From an uncultured Spirochaetota bacterium (GTDB lineage: Bacteria > Spirochaetota > Spirochaetia > Treponematales > Rectinemataceae), in the NCBI GenBank assembly GCA_963778775.1, contig CAVZVX010000041.1, forward strand, positions 2,959 to 66,958: a DNA stretch of 64,000 nt, written 5' to 3'. The notes beneath the pieces are model-generated. The model saw only the letters and a program-made list of their open reading frames with translations. It ran no database searches and was not told where the DNA came from. A program made the translations under genes and the position numbers. The first letter of the stretch is position 1. Every line of letters starts with the position of its first letter. Shown here in pieces: positions 1-8,856 of this stretch.

Positions 1-670
1 TGTACATGCCCATGACTTTCTTGGCGACCGTTTTGGCATCGTCGGAGAGGTAGATCGCGTTGCCGAGGGATTTTGACATTTTGGCGTTGCCGTCGGTGCC
101 GACGAGGGAGCCGACCTCGCTTACGAGGACGTCTGGCACGGGAAAGGTCTCGCCGTAGAGGAAGTTGAAGCGCCGGGCGATCTCGCGGGTCACCTCGACG
201 TGGGCGACATTGTCCTTGCCGACGGGGACGAGGTGGGCGCGGGGCATGAGGATGTCGCCGGCCTGGAGGACGGGGTAGCCGAGGAGGCCGAAGGGCATCT
301 CCTCGATGCCGGCTCCCTGGGCCATCTCCTTCAAGGACGGCACGCGCGAGAGCCGCGGCACGGTGATGAGATTGTCGAAGAGGACGGCGAGCTCGCAGAC
401 TTCGGGAACGGCGGACTGGAGGTAGATGACGCTTTTGGCGGGGTCGATGCCGCAGGCGAGGTAGTCCAGGGCGGCCGAGCGTACGTTGTCCGCCAGAGCC
501 TCGATGCTCTCCTTCTCGGGCTTGGTGGTGAGGGTGTGGAGGTCGGCTATGATGAAGAAGCACTCGTACTCGTCCTGGAGGCGGACGCGGTTCCTGAGCG
601 AGCCGACGTAGTGCCCGAGGTGGAGCTTGCCGGTGGGGCGGTCGCCCGTGAGTATTCGCTTGCGTTCCAT
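1..670 (-). CDS. trpS: Tryptophan--tRNA ligase, N-terminal ~223 codons (3' end runs off the window)
   Basis: Reverse strand from ATG at 670..668 reads [23 protein letters not shown] (class I HIGH-type motif). AKMSKSLG (KMSKS motif) lies near the window edge. Absent from the ORF track because it is open at the edge. Confidence 0.9.
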   Translation of the reverse strand, partial: MERKRILTGDRPTGKLHLGHYVGSLRNRVRLQDEYECFFIIADLHTLTTKPEKESIEALADNVRSAALDYLACGIDPAKSVIYLQSAVPEVCELAVLFDNLITVPRLSRVPSLKEMAQGAGIEEMPFGLLGYPVLQAGDILMPRAHLVPVGKDNVAHVEVTREIARRFNFLYGETFPVPDVLVSEVGSLVGTDGNAKMSKSLGNAIYLSDDAKTVAKKVMGMY

Positions 671-937
671 GGTTGCTCTCCGATGTTTGTTAGTGGGGCC
701 GGCCGCAGGGGCCAGCGGGATGGATGCGGCTCCGTCTCTCGAGGGCCCCTTAGCCCTTGCGCCACGCGAGGCGGCCTATCGCCGAGTCACGAAGGACGGG
801 TCCGCGCGTCGCCAGGACCAGTTGTGGGGGCCGCGTCGGGAGAAGGCAGTCAAGAGAATCGCGGCGAGGACCAGTTGCATGGTCGAAGTCTATCGAAACC
901 AGGGCGCGGCGGGCAAGGGGTGAGGGGCCGCGCATCG

Positions 938-2368
938 CTACTTTCTCGACGCTAATATCCCGTCCGCGGCTCGTAAGCCAGATGCCCAAGCCGCCGTTAT
1001 CCCGCGGCTCGTGCCCGCGCCGTCGCCGACGAGGTAGAGTCCGGGAGCGGCCATGAAATAGTCGTCGACGAAGACGGGCCGGTTCGCGTAGAGCTTGATT
1101 TCGGGATAGTACATGATCGTGCTCGGATGCAGGAGGCCCGGCACGATCGTATCGAGGAGCTTCATCGCGTTCCAGATCGCGCGCATCACCTTGGCGGGCG
1201 CGCATAGGCTGACGTCGCCGGGCGTGGCCGAGGCCAGGGTAGGTTCGAAGTCGTAGAGGTCGCCCGAGAAATGCCCCCTGAAGGATCGCTTCCCGAGGCG
1301 GAAGTCGCCGACGCGCTGCATGATGGGACGGCCGCCCCCCAAGAGGGCGGCCTGTATCCCTAGCATACGGGCGTAGTCCTGGCCCGAGGCGAGGGGCTCG
1401 GTGAGGGTGACGGTCTTGAGGATGGCAAAGTTGACGAGGCCGTTCGGGGGACGCGCCGCCGGGCCGGCCCTCGAGCCGGAGACGCCGGCAGCGCCGGCCG
1501 CCAAGCCGGAGGCGTCGGCCGCCAAGCCGGAGGCGTCGGCCGCCAAGCCGGAGGCGTCGGCCGCCAAGCCGGAGGCGCCGGCCGCCAAGCCGGAGGCGCC
1601 GGCGACGGACCAGGCGTGGCCGTTGACGCTGTACCAGGCGCTCCCATCCTTCTCTTCGTATTTTTCCTGGACGACGTGAGCCGCGCCCGAGTTCGTGCAG
1701 AAGGTCCGCGTCTTCTTGGGAAACAGGAACTTGGGGTCGTAGTAGTCGGCGACGATCGGGTAGCGCTCCTGCCGAGTCTCCACGCGGATGCCGACGTCGA
1801 CGGCATTGTCGGTGAAGCTCACGCCGGCCTCGTTCATGATCTCTTGGAGGAAGGAGAACCCGCCGCGGCCGGGCGCGACGACAAGATCGCGATAGGCGAC
1901 CTCGCGTCGGTCGGTACGCAGCGCGCGCGCGCGCGCGTCGACGGATACGGCGCGCTCTCCGAGCGAAATCTCCGCGCCGAGGCCGGACAGCCTGGCGACG
2001 AGGCGCTTGATGAGCTCGAGGCCGCCGTCGGTGCCGAGATGGGATTGACGGATCTCGAGGAGGCTGACGCCGATCTTCTCGGCCCGCCTCGCGTAGACGG
2101 AGAGGTTGCGCTTCTCGAGAATCCGCGGTTCGAGGAAGGCCTCGACGCGCTCGAGGTAGGCCTCGGCCGGCTTCATGGCCCAACAACAGTCGGGAAAGCC
2201 GATCGGCCAGCTGAAGTTCATCTTGCAGTCGTTGCGCAGGCCGCCCGACGAGTACTCGCTCTTGTCGAGGATGAGGAGCGAGAGATCGGGCCTGCGCGCG
2301 AGAAGCTCGAAGGCCGCGCCCAAGCCCGCCGGTCCGGTGCCGATGATGACGACGTCGTAGGTTCTCAT
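938..2368 (-). CDS. FAD-dependent oxidoreductase (COG2509-like NAD(FAD)-utilising dehydrogenase) with an internal heptapeptide-repeat insert
   Basis: 476-aa ORF with N-terminal dinucleotide-binding motif VVIIGTGPAGLGAA. Family layout recognised from memory, not searched. Insert reads ASGLAA(G/D) x5. Confidence 0.8.
   Translation of the reverse strand: MRTYDVVIIGTGPAGLGAAFELLARRPDLSLLILDKSEYSSGGLRNDCKMNFSWPIGFPDCCWAMKPAEAYLERVEAFLEPRILEKRNLSVYARRAEKIGVSLLEIRQSHLGTDGGLELIKRLVARLSGLGAEISLGERAVSVDARARALRTDRREVAYRDLVVAPGRGGFSFLQEIMNEAGVSFTDNAVDVGIRVETRQERYPIVADYYDPKFLFPKKTRTFCTNSGAAHVVQEKYEEKDGSAWYSVNGHAWSVAGASGLAAGASGLAADASGLAADASGLAADASGLAAGAAGVSGSRAGPAARPPNGLVNFAILKTVTLTEPLASGQDYARMLGIQAALLGGGRPIMQRVGDFRLGKRSFRGHFSGDLYDFEPTLASATPGDVSLCAPAKVMRAIWNAMKLLDTIVPGLLHPSTIMYYPEIKLYANRPVFVDDYFMAAPGLYLVGDGAGTSRGITAAWASGLRAADGILASRK
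1497..1601. repeat. Five tandem copies of a 21-bp unit (gccgccaagccggaggcgtcg; last two copies end gccg), in frame inside the oxidoreductase gene
   Basis: Counted directly in the sequence. Encodes ASGLAAD/G on the minus strand and AAKPEAS on the plus strand. Confidence 0.95.
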
Positions 2369-2434
2369 GACGTTCCCACAGCATAGCCCTCGGGGCTTTC
2401 CCTGTCACCCCGGCTGCGGATATCATCCGGCGTT

Positions 2435-3307
2435 ATGGCAGCGACTCTCCTCGCCCTGCTCTCGATCCTGGTGTGGAGCTCCCTCGCCCTGCTCAATTCC
2501 AGGGTAAACACCCTTCCGTCCTTCTTCGCGGTCGGCGTCGCCCTCAGCGTCGGGGGCCTGGTCGGACTCGTCAAGGCTCGCGAGTGGCGCGTGCCGATCC
2601 GGACTTTCGCGGTCGGAGTCGGGGGCATATTCGGCTATCATGCCCTGCTTTTCGCGGCTTTCCGCATCGCGCCCTCGGTGGAAGTCAACCTCATTAACTA
2701 TCTTTGGCCGTTGCTCATCGTCCTCCTGTCGCCCGTATTCCTCCGAGGCTTCCGCCTCGGCCCGCGGCACGTCGCGGGAGCCGTCCTCGGCCTCTCGGGG
2801 GCCGCCCTCATCGTGAGCGGCGGTCGCCTCGGCCCGGACGCGACCTATCTGCCGGGCTACCTCCTCGCCGCGGCGGCCGCTCTCGTCTGGGCCTCTTATT
2901 CCCTGCTCACGAAGCGGCTGCCTCTCTTCTCGACGGGCGCGGTGGGAGGCTTCTGCTTCGTATCGGGCCTTCTGTCCCTCGGCGTCTACCTTATCGGAAA
3001 GGCCGGGCCCGGCGCGGCGACGAGCCCGGCACCTTCGGACTGGCTTTTTCTGGTCCTGCTCGGGCTTGGCCCGATGGGAGGGGCATTCTATGCCTGGGAT
3101 GCCGCGCTCAAGCGGGGCGATCCGCGAGTCATCGGGGCGCTCTCCTACCTGACGCCGCTGCTTTCGACGCTCAACCTCGCGCTTCTCGGCGGCAAGCGGC
3201 TGTCCGCGGTAGCGATCGTCGCGATGTCGCTCATCGTGGCGGGCGCGATCGTCGGTTCCTTCGATGTCCTGAAGGCCGCCCTCGCGCGGGGCGGGCGGCG
3301 CTCATAG
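2435..3307 (+). CDS. EamA/DMT-family permease
   Basis: 290-aa ORF with about ten hydrophobic segments in two similar halves. Divergent from the oxidoreductase gene. Confidence 0.8.
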   Translation: MAATLLALLSILVWSSLALLNSRVNTLPSFFAVGVALSVGGLVGLVKAREWRVPIRTFAVGVGGIFGYHALLFAAFRIAPSVEVNLINYLWPLLIVLLSPVFLRGFRLGPRHVAGAVLGLSGAALIVSGGRLGPDATYLPGYLLAAAAALVWASYSLLTKRLPLFSTGAVGGFCFVSGLLSLGVYLIGKAGPGAATSPAPSDWLFLVLLGLGPMGGAFYAWDAALKRGDPRVIGALSYLTPLLSTLNLALLGGKRLSAVAIVAMSLIVAGAIVGSFDVLKAALARGGRRS

Positions 3308-3324
3308 GCCAAGGAGGGCTCGGC

Positions 3325-4341
3325 CTATTTGCGTCGCGCCGGCGTAGGGTTACGAGGGTTGCCCGCGAGCTTCCTGTAAGGCATCCATACGTATTTGGCA
3401 TCGGTGACGCGCCACCCGGTTTTGGAAGGATTCCTCCCCATCGCCAAGGCATAGGCGAGGTCGAAGACAGCCTTGCCTTGATTCGCGGCATCGGCTGCGG
3501 CGACACCGAGGAGCTCGCCCGATCCGAGGGCCTCCGTCATCCATTGAGGAAGGGCGCCCTTGCAGGCGCCGACGATGGGAAGGTATCGCCTGCCCTTGAA
3601 GAAACCGGCGGCCTTGAAGGCATCTATCGCCTCGAGGGTCGACTCGGAATCCGCGCAAACGACGGCCTCTATTCTCTCGCCGAAGTCGGCTATGAGGGCT
3701 GCGGCCTCTTTCCCCGACGACCTGTCTTCCGCTTTCCCGCCCCCGGCGGAAAGTCGCTCGGCACCGATGCCCGCGGCGCCGAGGGCCTTGACGCAGCTCG
3801 CCTCGAGAAGGGCCGTATCGGATGAGGCAGGGTCCGCGGATAGCAGGACGTATTGAATCTTGCGATCCTTGTTCCTGTCGGCTGCGGGGTTGTCCTTCCA
3901 AAAAGAAACGAGTATCTGACCAATCGCCTCGCCCGCCTCGGCGCCCCGCGTCCCGACGAAGAACAGCTTGTCCCAGGAACGCATCGCCTCTTCGGAAGGC
4001 TCCCGATCGAAGAAGACTATCGGCGTCCTCGCGTCCTTCGCCTTGCCGATGATCGGGCCCAAAGCCTTGCCGTCTACGGGATCTATCGCGAGGGAACCGA
4101 GATTCTTTTGGAAGAAGGATCCTATTTCCAAGTCCTGAGCCGATTGCTGATTTTGGCCGTCGATGACGGAGAGATCGACCTTGTCCAGCGCCCTGGTCTC
4201 TATTGATTGCCGGATCGCGACCGAAACAGGCTCGTCGAAGGAACGCATCGCGAGACCGATCTTCGGCTTTTCCCTCCCGGCCTGGGAGCAGGAAACGATG
4301 ACCAGCGCCGCGGCGACGAAGATGGAAGTCAGCCTCTTCAT
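3325..4341 (-). CDS. Periplasmic-binding-protein type I lipoprotein (sugar-binding, MglB/RbsB-like), orphan
   Basis: 338-aa ORF with a signal peptide and lipobox (LVIVSC). PBP-I-like pattern (KIGLAMRSFDEP, TPIVFFDREP). No ABC permease or ATPase gene nearby. Confidence 0.7.
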   Translation of the reverse strand: MKRLTSIFVAAALVIVSCSQAGREKPKIGLAMRSFDEPVSVAIRQSIETRALDKVDLSVIDGQNQQSAQDLEIGSFFQKNLGSLAIDPVDGKALGPIIGKAKDARTPIVFFDREPSEEAMRSWDKLFFVGTRGAEAGEAIGQILVSFWKDNPAADRNKDRKIQYVLLSADPASSDTALLEASCVKALGAAGIGAERLSAGGGKAEDRSSGKEAAALIADFGERIEAVVCADSESTLEAIDAFKAAGFFKGRRYLPIVGACKGALPQWMTEALGSGELLGVAAADAANQGKAVFDLAYALAMGRNPSKTGWRVTDAKYVWMPYRKLAGNPRNPTPARRK

Positions 4342-4436
4342 TGAACGATCCTCATTGGGTGATCGTACGCGAGGAATCGGCGCACCCGGTCATTCTAGCC
4401 GGATACTTTCGAGCTGTCCAGTTCGGGCATCGCGGA

Positions 4437-4496
4437 CCCCGATTGCAAATCGGGCACCCCGATTGCAAATCGGGCACCCCGATTGCAAATCGGGGT
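4437..4496. promoter_or_regulatory. Three tandem 20-bp repeats, each carrying the palindrome CCCGATT-GCA-AATCGGG; candidate TetR operator array
   Basis: ccccgattgcaaatcgggca x3, read directly. Lies in the divergent intergenic region between the binding-protein gene and the TetR gene. The third copy extends to 9-bp arms. Confidence 0.55.
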
Positions 4497-4551
4497 ACTG
4501 CCCTTGTATGCGGGCGCTCCATCCTCGATACTTTTTTGCAAGGGGGAACTT

Positions 4552-5100
4552 GTGGGCAGGGGCAAGAAAATAGTCGACACCTCTCTCGTCGTCGATGAAG
4601 CCGTCGCCCTGATCGAAGAATGCGGAGTAGGGGAGTTCTCGACGCGCCGTCTGGCTTCCCGGCTCGGAATTTCGGCGATGACCCTCTACAACTACTATGA
4701 GAACCGTGGCGCCATCATGAAAGAGGCGCTCGACAAGGGCCTGAGCCTGCTTTGGGCGGGGCTACCGGCGAAGGTCGCGGCCTGGCGCGCGAAGGGTGGC
4801 AGCTACCTCGGCGCCTATCGCGTCTTCGCCGACCATCTGCTCGCCTTCGCGACCGCGCGTCCCCTGCTCTGCCGCTTCATCCTTACCGAAGGCGCCGGAG
4901 GCGATTGGATGGCGAGAGACGGCTATATCGAGAACGTCTTCGGTCCGAAAAGCCGAGGCGCGGAGAGCCGCCCGGTGACGCTGCGCCGCGACATCTATCT
5001 CTTCGAGCTTCTCGCGTTCTCGCTGGCCCTCAAAGTCATCGGGGGGGAGAGACGCCCGAACGCTTCGACGAACTCGTCGGCGAGGGATACGAGCTCCTGA
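4552..5100 (+). CDS. TetR/AcrR-family transcriptional regulator
   Basis: HTH segment FSTRRLASRLGISAMTLYNYYENRGAI. GTG start at 4552 is preceded by aggggga. The track ORF starts further upstream at 4483, inside the repeat array. Confidence 0.8.
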   Translation: MGRGKKIVDTSLVVDEAVALIEECGVGEFSTRRLASRLGISAMTLYNYYENRGAIMKEALDKGLSLLWAGLPAKVAAWRAKGGSYLGAYRVFADHLLAFATARPLLCRFILTEGAGGDWMARDGYIENVFGPKSRGAESRPVTLRRDIYLFELLAFSLALKVIGGERRPNASTNSSARDTSS

Positions 5101-5125
5101 TCGCCCGCCACGAAAAACCCGTCGG

Positions 5126-6271
5126 TCAATCTTCAACGTAGATTCGGGGGATCCTGCTGCCGACCATGCAGGTAAGCTCGTAGGGAATCGTGCCGAGTAT
5201 CGCGCAGAGAGCCTCGCCCGCGATGCCCTCGCCGTCCTTCTCGCCGAAAAGGATGACCTCGTCGCCCTCCGAGGCTCTCGCCTCGGGGCCGAGGTCCACC
5301 ATCGACTGGTCCATGCATATCCTGCCCACCAGCGGCCTGTCGGCGCCGCCTATCCTGACCATGGCCTTATTGGACAATGCCCGACTGTAGCCGTCACCGT
5401 AGCCGATGGGGATCGTCGCGACGGTCGTATCGGCGGGCGCTCGCCACGTGAGGCCGTAGCTGATCCCCTCGCCGGCCCGCGCTCGCTTCACGTAGGATAT
5501 CCGCGCGGAGAGGCGCATCACCGGTTCGACGCCGACTTTCCTCCAGGGCGAAGGCTCGTAGCCGTAGACGAGTATTCCCGGCCTGACCATGTCGAAGCGC
5601 GCCTCGGGCATGTTGACCAGGGCGGCCGAATTCTCGATATGGACTATGGGCGGGGCCAGGGCGCGGCGCTCGAGGACGCCGAGCGATACGCGGAACCGGC
5701 TGGTCTGCTCGCGGGCGAATTCGAGATCGCAGTCGGCTGTGGCGAAGTGGGAGAAGGCGCCGACGAGATCGAGGCCGGTCCTCCCCTCGCGCGGAACCAG
5801 GTCCGACAGCTCCTCGGCCAGGCTCTCGAGCTCGTCCCATCGGGCTCCGATGCGGCCCATGCCCGTGTCGATCTTGAGATGGGCCCGGATGCTCCTGCCT
5901 TCGGCGCCGGCGGCCGCGGCCGCGGCCCGCGCCTTGCCCGCCGAAACGATCGTCGCGTCGACGCCGTAGCGGGCGAATAGGCGCAGCCGATCGTCCGGAG
6001 GCGAGCCGAAGACGAGGATGGGAGCGGCGATGCCCGCCCGGCGAAGCGCCAGGGCCTCCTCGATCAGGGCGACGCCGAGGTAGTCGGCTCCCTCGTCGAG
6101 AAGCTCGGAGGCTACGCGCAGCATGCCGTGGCCGTAGGCCTCGGCCTTGACCACGGCCATGACCTTCACGCCGGGACCGGCAAGCTCCCGCGCCCGGGCG
6201 AAGTTGCGACGCAAGGCGCCCAGCCGTATCTCGGCCCTCGCGGGTCTCGCCGCCTCTTCCCCGCCGTCCAT
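5126..6271 (-). CDS. alr: Alanine racemase
   Basis: 381-aa ORF with the PLP-lysine motif VVKAEAYGHG and a C-terminal ICMDQSMVDL-type segment. Confidence 0.9.
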   Translation of the reverse strand: MDGGEEAARPARAEIRLGALRRNFARARELAGPGVKVMAVVKAEAYGHGMLRVASELLDEGADYLGVALIEEALALRRAGIAAPILVFGSPPDDRLRLFARYGVDATIVSAGKARAAAAAAGAEGRSIRAHLKIDTGMGRIGARWDELESLAEELSDLVPREGRTGLDLVGAFSHFATADCDLEFAREQTSRFRVSLGVLERRALAPPIVHIENSAALVNMPEARFDMVRPGILVYGYEPSPWRKVGVEPVMRLSARISYVKRARAGEGISYGLTWRAPADTTVATIPIGYGDGYSRALSNKAMVRIGGADRPLVGRICMDQSMVDLGPEARASEGDEVILFGEKDGEGIAGEALCAILGTIPYELTCMVGSRIPRIYVED

Positions 6272-6302
6272 AACCGGTCTCCTGCGTTGGGCTGTGTCTC
6301 GG

Positions 6303-7118
6303 CTAGCGAGGCTTCTTGATGAGCTGCGCGGCGCGCTCGGCGGCCTTGACGACCGCGTTGATGAGGGTGAGCCTGAGGCCGCCGGCCTCGAGCTCGAGAA
6401 TGCCTTCTATCGTGGTACCCGCCGGAGTCGTGACCATGTCCTTGAGCTTGGCGGGATGCTCGCCCGTAATGAGGACGTTTCGCGCGGCCCCGAGAACGGT
6501 CTGCGCCGCGAGCTCGAAGGCGACGTCGCGGGGAAGGCCGAGCTTCAAGCCGCCGTCGGCCAGGGACTCGATGATGACGTAGACGTAGGCGGGGCCGGAG
6601 CCGGAGAGGCCGGTGACCGCGTCCATGTATTGCTCTTCGAGGACCAAGGCCCGGCCTACCGAGCGGAAGAGCTCGGTCGCCCATGAAAGCTGTTCCGGGC
6701 TTACGGACGATCCCGGCGAAAGGACCGTCATGCCCTCGCCGATGGCTACCGCCATGTTAGGCATCGTCCGTATGGTGGGCATGCCCGCGGGAGCGCAGGA
6801 TTGCAGGAGCTCGAGACCGACTCCGGCGGCCACCGAGACGAGGAGCTTGGAGGCGTCGAGCGCGGGAGAGATTTCGGCGATGACGTCCGCGACGTCCTTC
6901 GGCTTCACGGCGATGATTATGGTGTCGGAGAGGCGGGCTACTTCGCGGTTGTCGAGGATCGCGCGGAATCCCGTCCTCGCGACGAAGTCCGCGCGATGCG
7001 ATTCGGAGCGATCGGACAGGACCATGTCCTCCCTGGCCACGAGGCCGCGTTGCGCGATTCCCACGGCGAGGGCCTCGCCCACCTTGCCCGCGCCTATGAT
7101 CCCCAGCTTCCTGCCCAT
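6303..7118 (-). CDS. proC: Pyrroline-5-carboxylate reductase
   Basis: MGRKLGIIGAGKVGEALAVG Rossmann N-terminus and the typical C-terminal TTPAGTTIEG. Start chosen at ATG 7118. The longer track ORF to 7598 is Arg-rich and non-homologous. Confidence 0.9.
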   Translation of the reverse strand: MGRKLGIIGAGKVGEALAVGIAQRGLVAREDMVLSDRSESHRADFVARTGFRAILDNREVARLSDTIIIAVKPKDVADVIAEISPALDASKLLVSVAAGVGLELLQSCAPAGMPTIRTMPNMAVAIGEGMTVLSPGSSVSPEQLSWATELFRSVGRALVLEEQYMDAVTGLSGSGPAYVYVIIESLADGGLKLGLPRDVAFELAAQTVLGAARNVLITGEHPAKLKDMVTTPAGTTIEGILELEAGGLRLTLINAVVKAAERAAQLIKKPR

Positions 7119-7169
7119 GGCTCGCCTCCGATCTGCCAAGTATAGCGCCGATTTCGAGGCGGCATCTAC

Positions 7170-8708
7170 ATGCTTGAATTTCATGACGCAAACGCGGCAG
7201 AATCCCCCATGCGCGACGAACGCCCGGCCCTCCTCTCTCCCGATCCCTCCGATCTGCCCCTCCTCTTCGAGGCCGGCCGGCTCCTCGTGAGGCACGCGAA
7301 CCTCGAGGAGGCGATGAGCCCCCTCCTCTCCTTTCTCGCGGACAGGGCCGACCTCGCGGGGGGCATCGCCGCGCTCGCGATGTCCGACGACGGGGAAGTG
7401 AGGGTGGCCGCCGTGGCGGATCCGGCCAACGCGGCCTTGGCGGGAAAGCGCATCGAGCTCGGAGCCGGCCTCCTCGGCAGGGCGCTTGCGACCGCGGGCC
7501 CGATCTTCGAGGCCGAGAGCCTGGCCGTGCCGGTCGTGCTGGGCGGATCGGCGGTGGGAGCGCTTTCCTTCTCGCGCTTTTTCGGGAGCCGCGAACATGC
7601 CCTCGTAATCGCGTCATCCATCGCGGCCCTCGTGGCCGAGGCCCTCGGCCTCAGGCGGAGGCTCGCCCGCGCCGCGACTCTCGGCGACTCGGCCGTCGGC
7701 CACGTCGTACCCCAGACGGCCGAGCCCCTGGGCATCGACGAAGGATGGGCGCCCGCGGCCATCGTTGGCCGCGCCGCTCCGATGCGCGAGCTTTATTCCC
7801 TTATGGATCGCGTCGCTGGCACCGAGACCACCGTCCTCGTCTCGGGCGAGAGCGGCACGGGCAAGGAACTCGTCGCTCGCGCCCTCCACGAGCGTTCGGG
7901 GCGCGCCAAGGCCGCCTTCATCGCCGTCAACTGCGCCGCCCTGCCCGAGTCGGTCATCGAGAGCGAGCTTTTCGGCCATGAGCGCGGCTCCTTTACCGGG
8001 GCGCAGGAGCTGAGGCGAGGCCGCTTCGAGCTCGCCGATGACGGGACGCTCTTCCTCGACGAGGTCGGGGAGCTTTCGCAGGGAGTGCAGGCCAAGCTCC
8101 TGCGCGTCCTGCAAGAGGGCGAGTTCCAGCGCGTGGGCGGTTCAGTCACCCTAAAGACCGATGTCCGGGTGATCGCCGCGACCAACCGCGACCTCGAGCG
8201 GGAAGTGGCGGAGGGACGCTTTCGCGCCGATCTATTCTGGCGCCTCAACGTCTTTCCGCTGCGAGTTCCGCCCCTTAGGGAGCGGCGCAGCGACATCGTC
8301 CTTCTTGCCGACTATTTCGCCGAGAAGCACGGACGCCGCGCCGGAAAGCCGATCTTGCGCATTTCCAGCCCCGCCATCGACCTCCTCATGACCTACCATT
8401 GGCCGGGAAATGTGCGCGAGCTCGAGAACTGCGTGGAACGCGCGGTGATCTTATCGACCGATTCGGTCATTCACGCCTACCATTTGCCGCCGAGTCTCCA
8501 ATCCGCCGATTCGACGGGAACGGGACCTGCCTCGACCTTGGATGCCTCCCTCGCGAGGCTCGAACGGGAGCTTCTCGTCGAAGCCCTGAAGATCTGTCGA
8601 GGCAACGCCGCGGCCGCGGCTCGCCGCCTTGGCGTAACGGAAAGGAGAATGGGACTCGCCCTGCATCGATATGGCATCGACTGGCGTCGGTTCCGTACAT
8701 CTATGTAG
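7170..8708 (+). CDS. Sigma-54-dependent transcriptional activator with N-terminal GAF-like domain (NifA-type architecture)
   Basis: AAA+ core with VLVSGESGTGKE (Walker A), the GAFTGA-equivalent GSFTGA, FLDEVGEL and WPGNVRELEN. C-terminal HTH AAAARRLGVTERRM. An alternative start at 7209 is possible. Confidence 0.9.
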   Translation: MLEFHDANAAESPMRDERPALLSPDPSDLPLLFEAGRLLVRHANLEEAMSPLLSFLADRADLAGGIAALAMSDDGEVRVAAVADPANAALAGKRIELGAGLLGRALATAGPIFEAESLAVPVVLGGSAVGALSFSRFFGSREHALVIASSIAALVAEALGLRRRLARAATLGDSAVGHVVPQTAEPLGIDEGWAPAAIVGRAAPMRELYSLMDRVAGTETTVLVSGESGTGKELVARALHERSGRAKAAFIAVNCAALPESVIESELFGHERGSFTGAQELRRGRFELADDGTLFLDEVGELSQGVQAKLLRVLQEGEFQRVGGSVTLKTDVRVIAATNRDLEREVAEGRFRADLFWRLNVFPLRVPPLRERRSDIVLLADYFAEKHGRRAGKPILRISSPAIDLLMTYHWPGNVRELENCVERAVILSTDSVIHAYHLPPSLQSADSTGTGPASTLDASLARLERELLVEALKICRGNAAAAARRLGVTERRMGLALHRYGIDWRRFRTSM

Positions 8709-8801
8709 TCTTAGATATTGAACATACGTCGATGTAGGATAGCTATTTGTTCCCTATCAACTAATTCTTAATCCCGTAACGACATGTTGTTTCTGAAGCC
8801 T

Positions 8802-8817
8802 TGGCATGATATTTGCT
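8802..8817 (+). promoter_or_regulatory. Sigma-54 (-24/-12) promoter TGGCATGATATTTGCT upstream of glnN
   Basis: Matches TGGCAC-N5-TTGCW with exact GG/GC spacing. Lies about 40 nt upstream of the glnN ATG, in an AT-rich intergenic region directly after the activator gene. Confidence 0.75.
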
Positions 8818-8856
8818 GTATTAAACTATCAGGTCTCATATTCATAGGAGTGTTAC

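Noticed and set aside
750-2426. 558-aa Arg/Pro-rich ORF on the minus strand, and similar long ORFs elsewhere (10443..12047, 28127..29458, 42638..44530, 52747..54528, 54928..56532, 51176..52726).
   Set aside because: These are out-of-frame or antisense shadows of well-supported genes, as expected in GC-rich DNA. Their translations are low-complexity Arg/Gly/Pro text without motifs.
4437-4496. Possible CRISPR array. The repeat cluster at 36393..36510 was also considered.
   Set aside because: The units are contiguous with no spacers, only 3-6 copies are present, and there are no cas genes. The geometry fits protein-binding sites instead.
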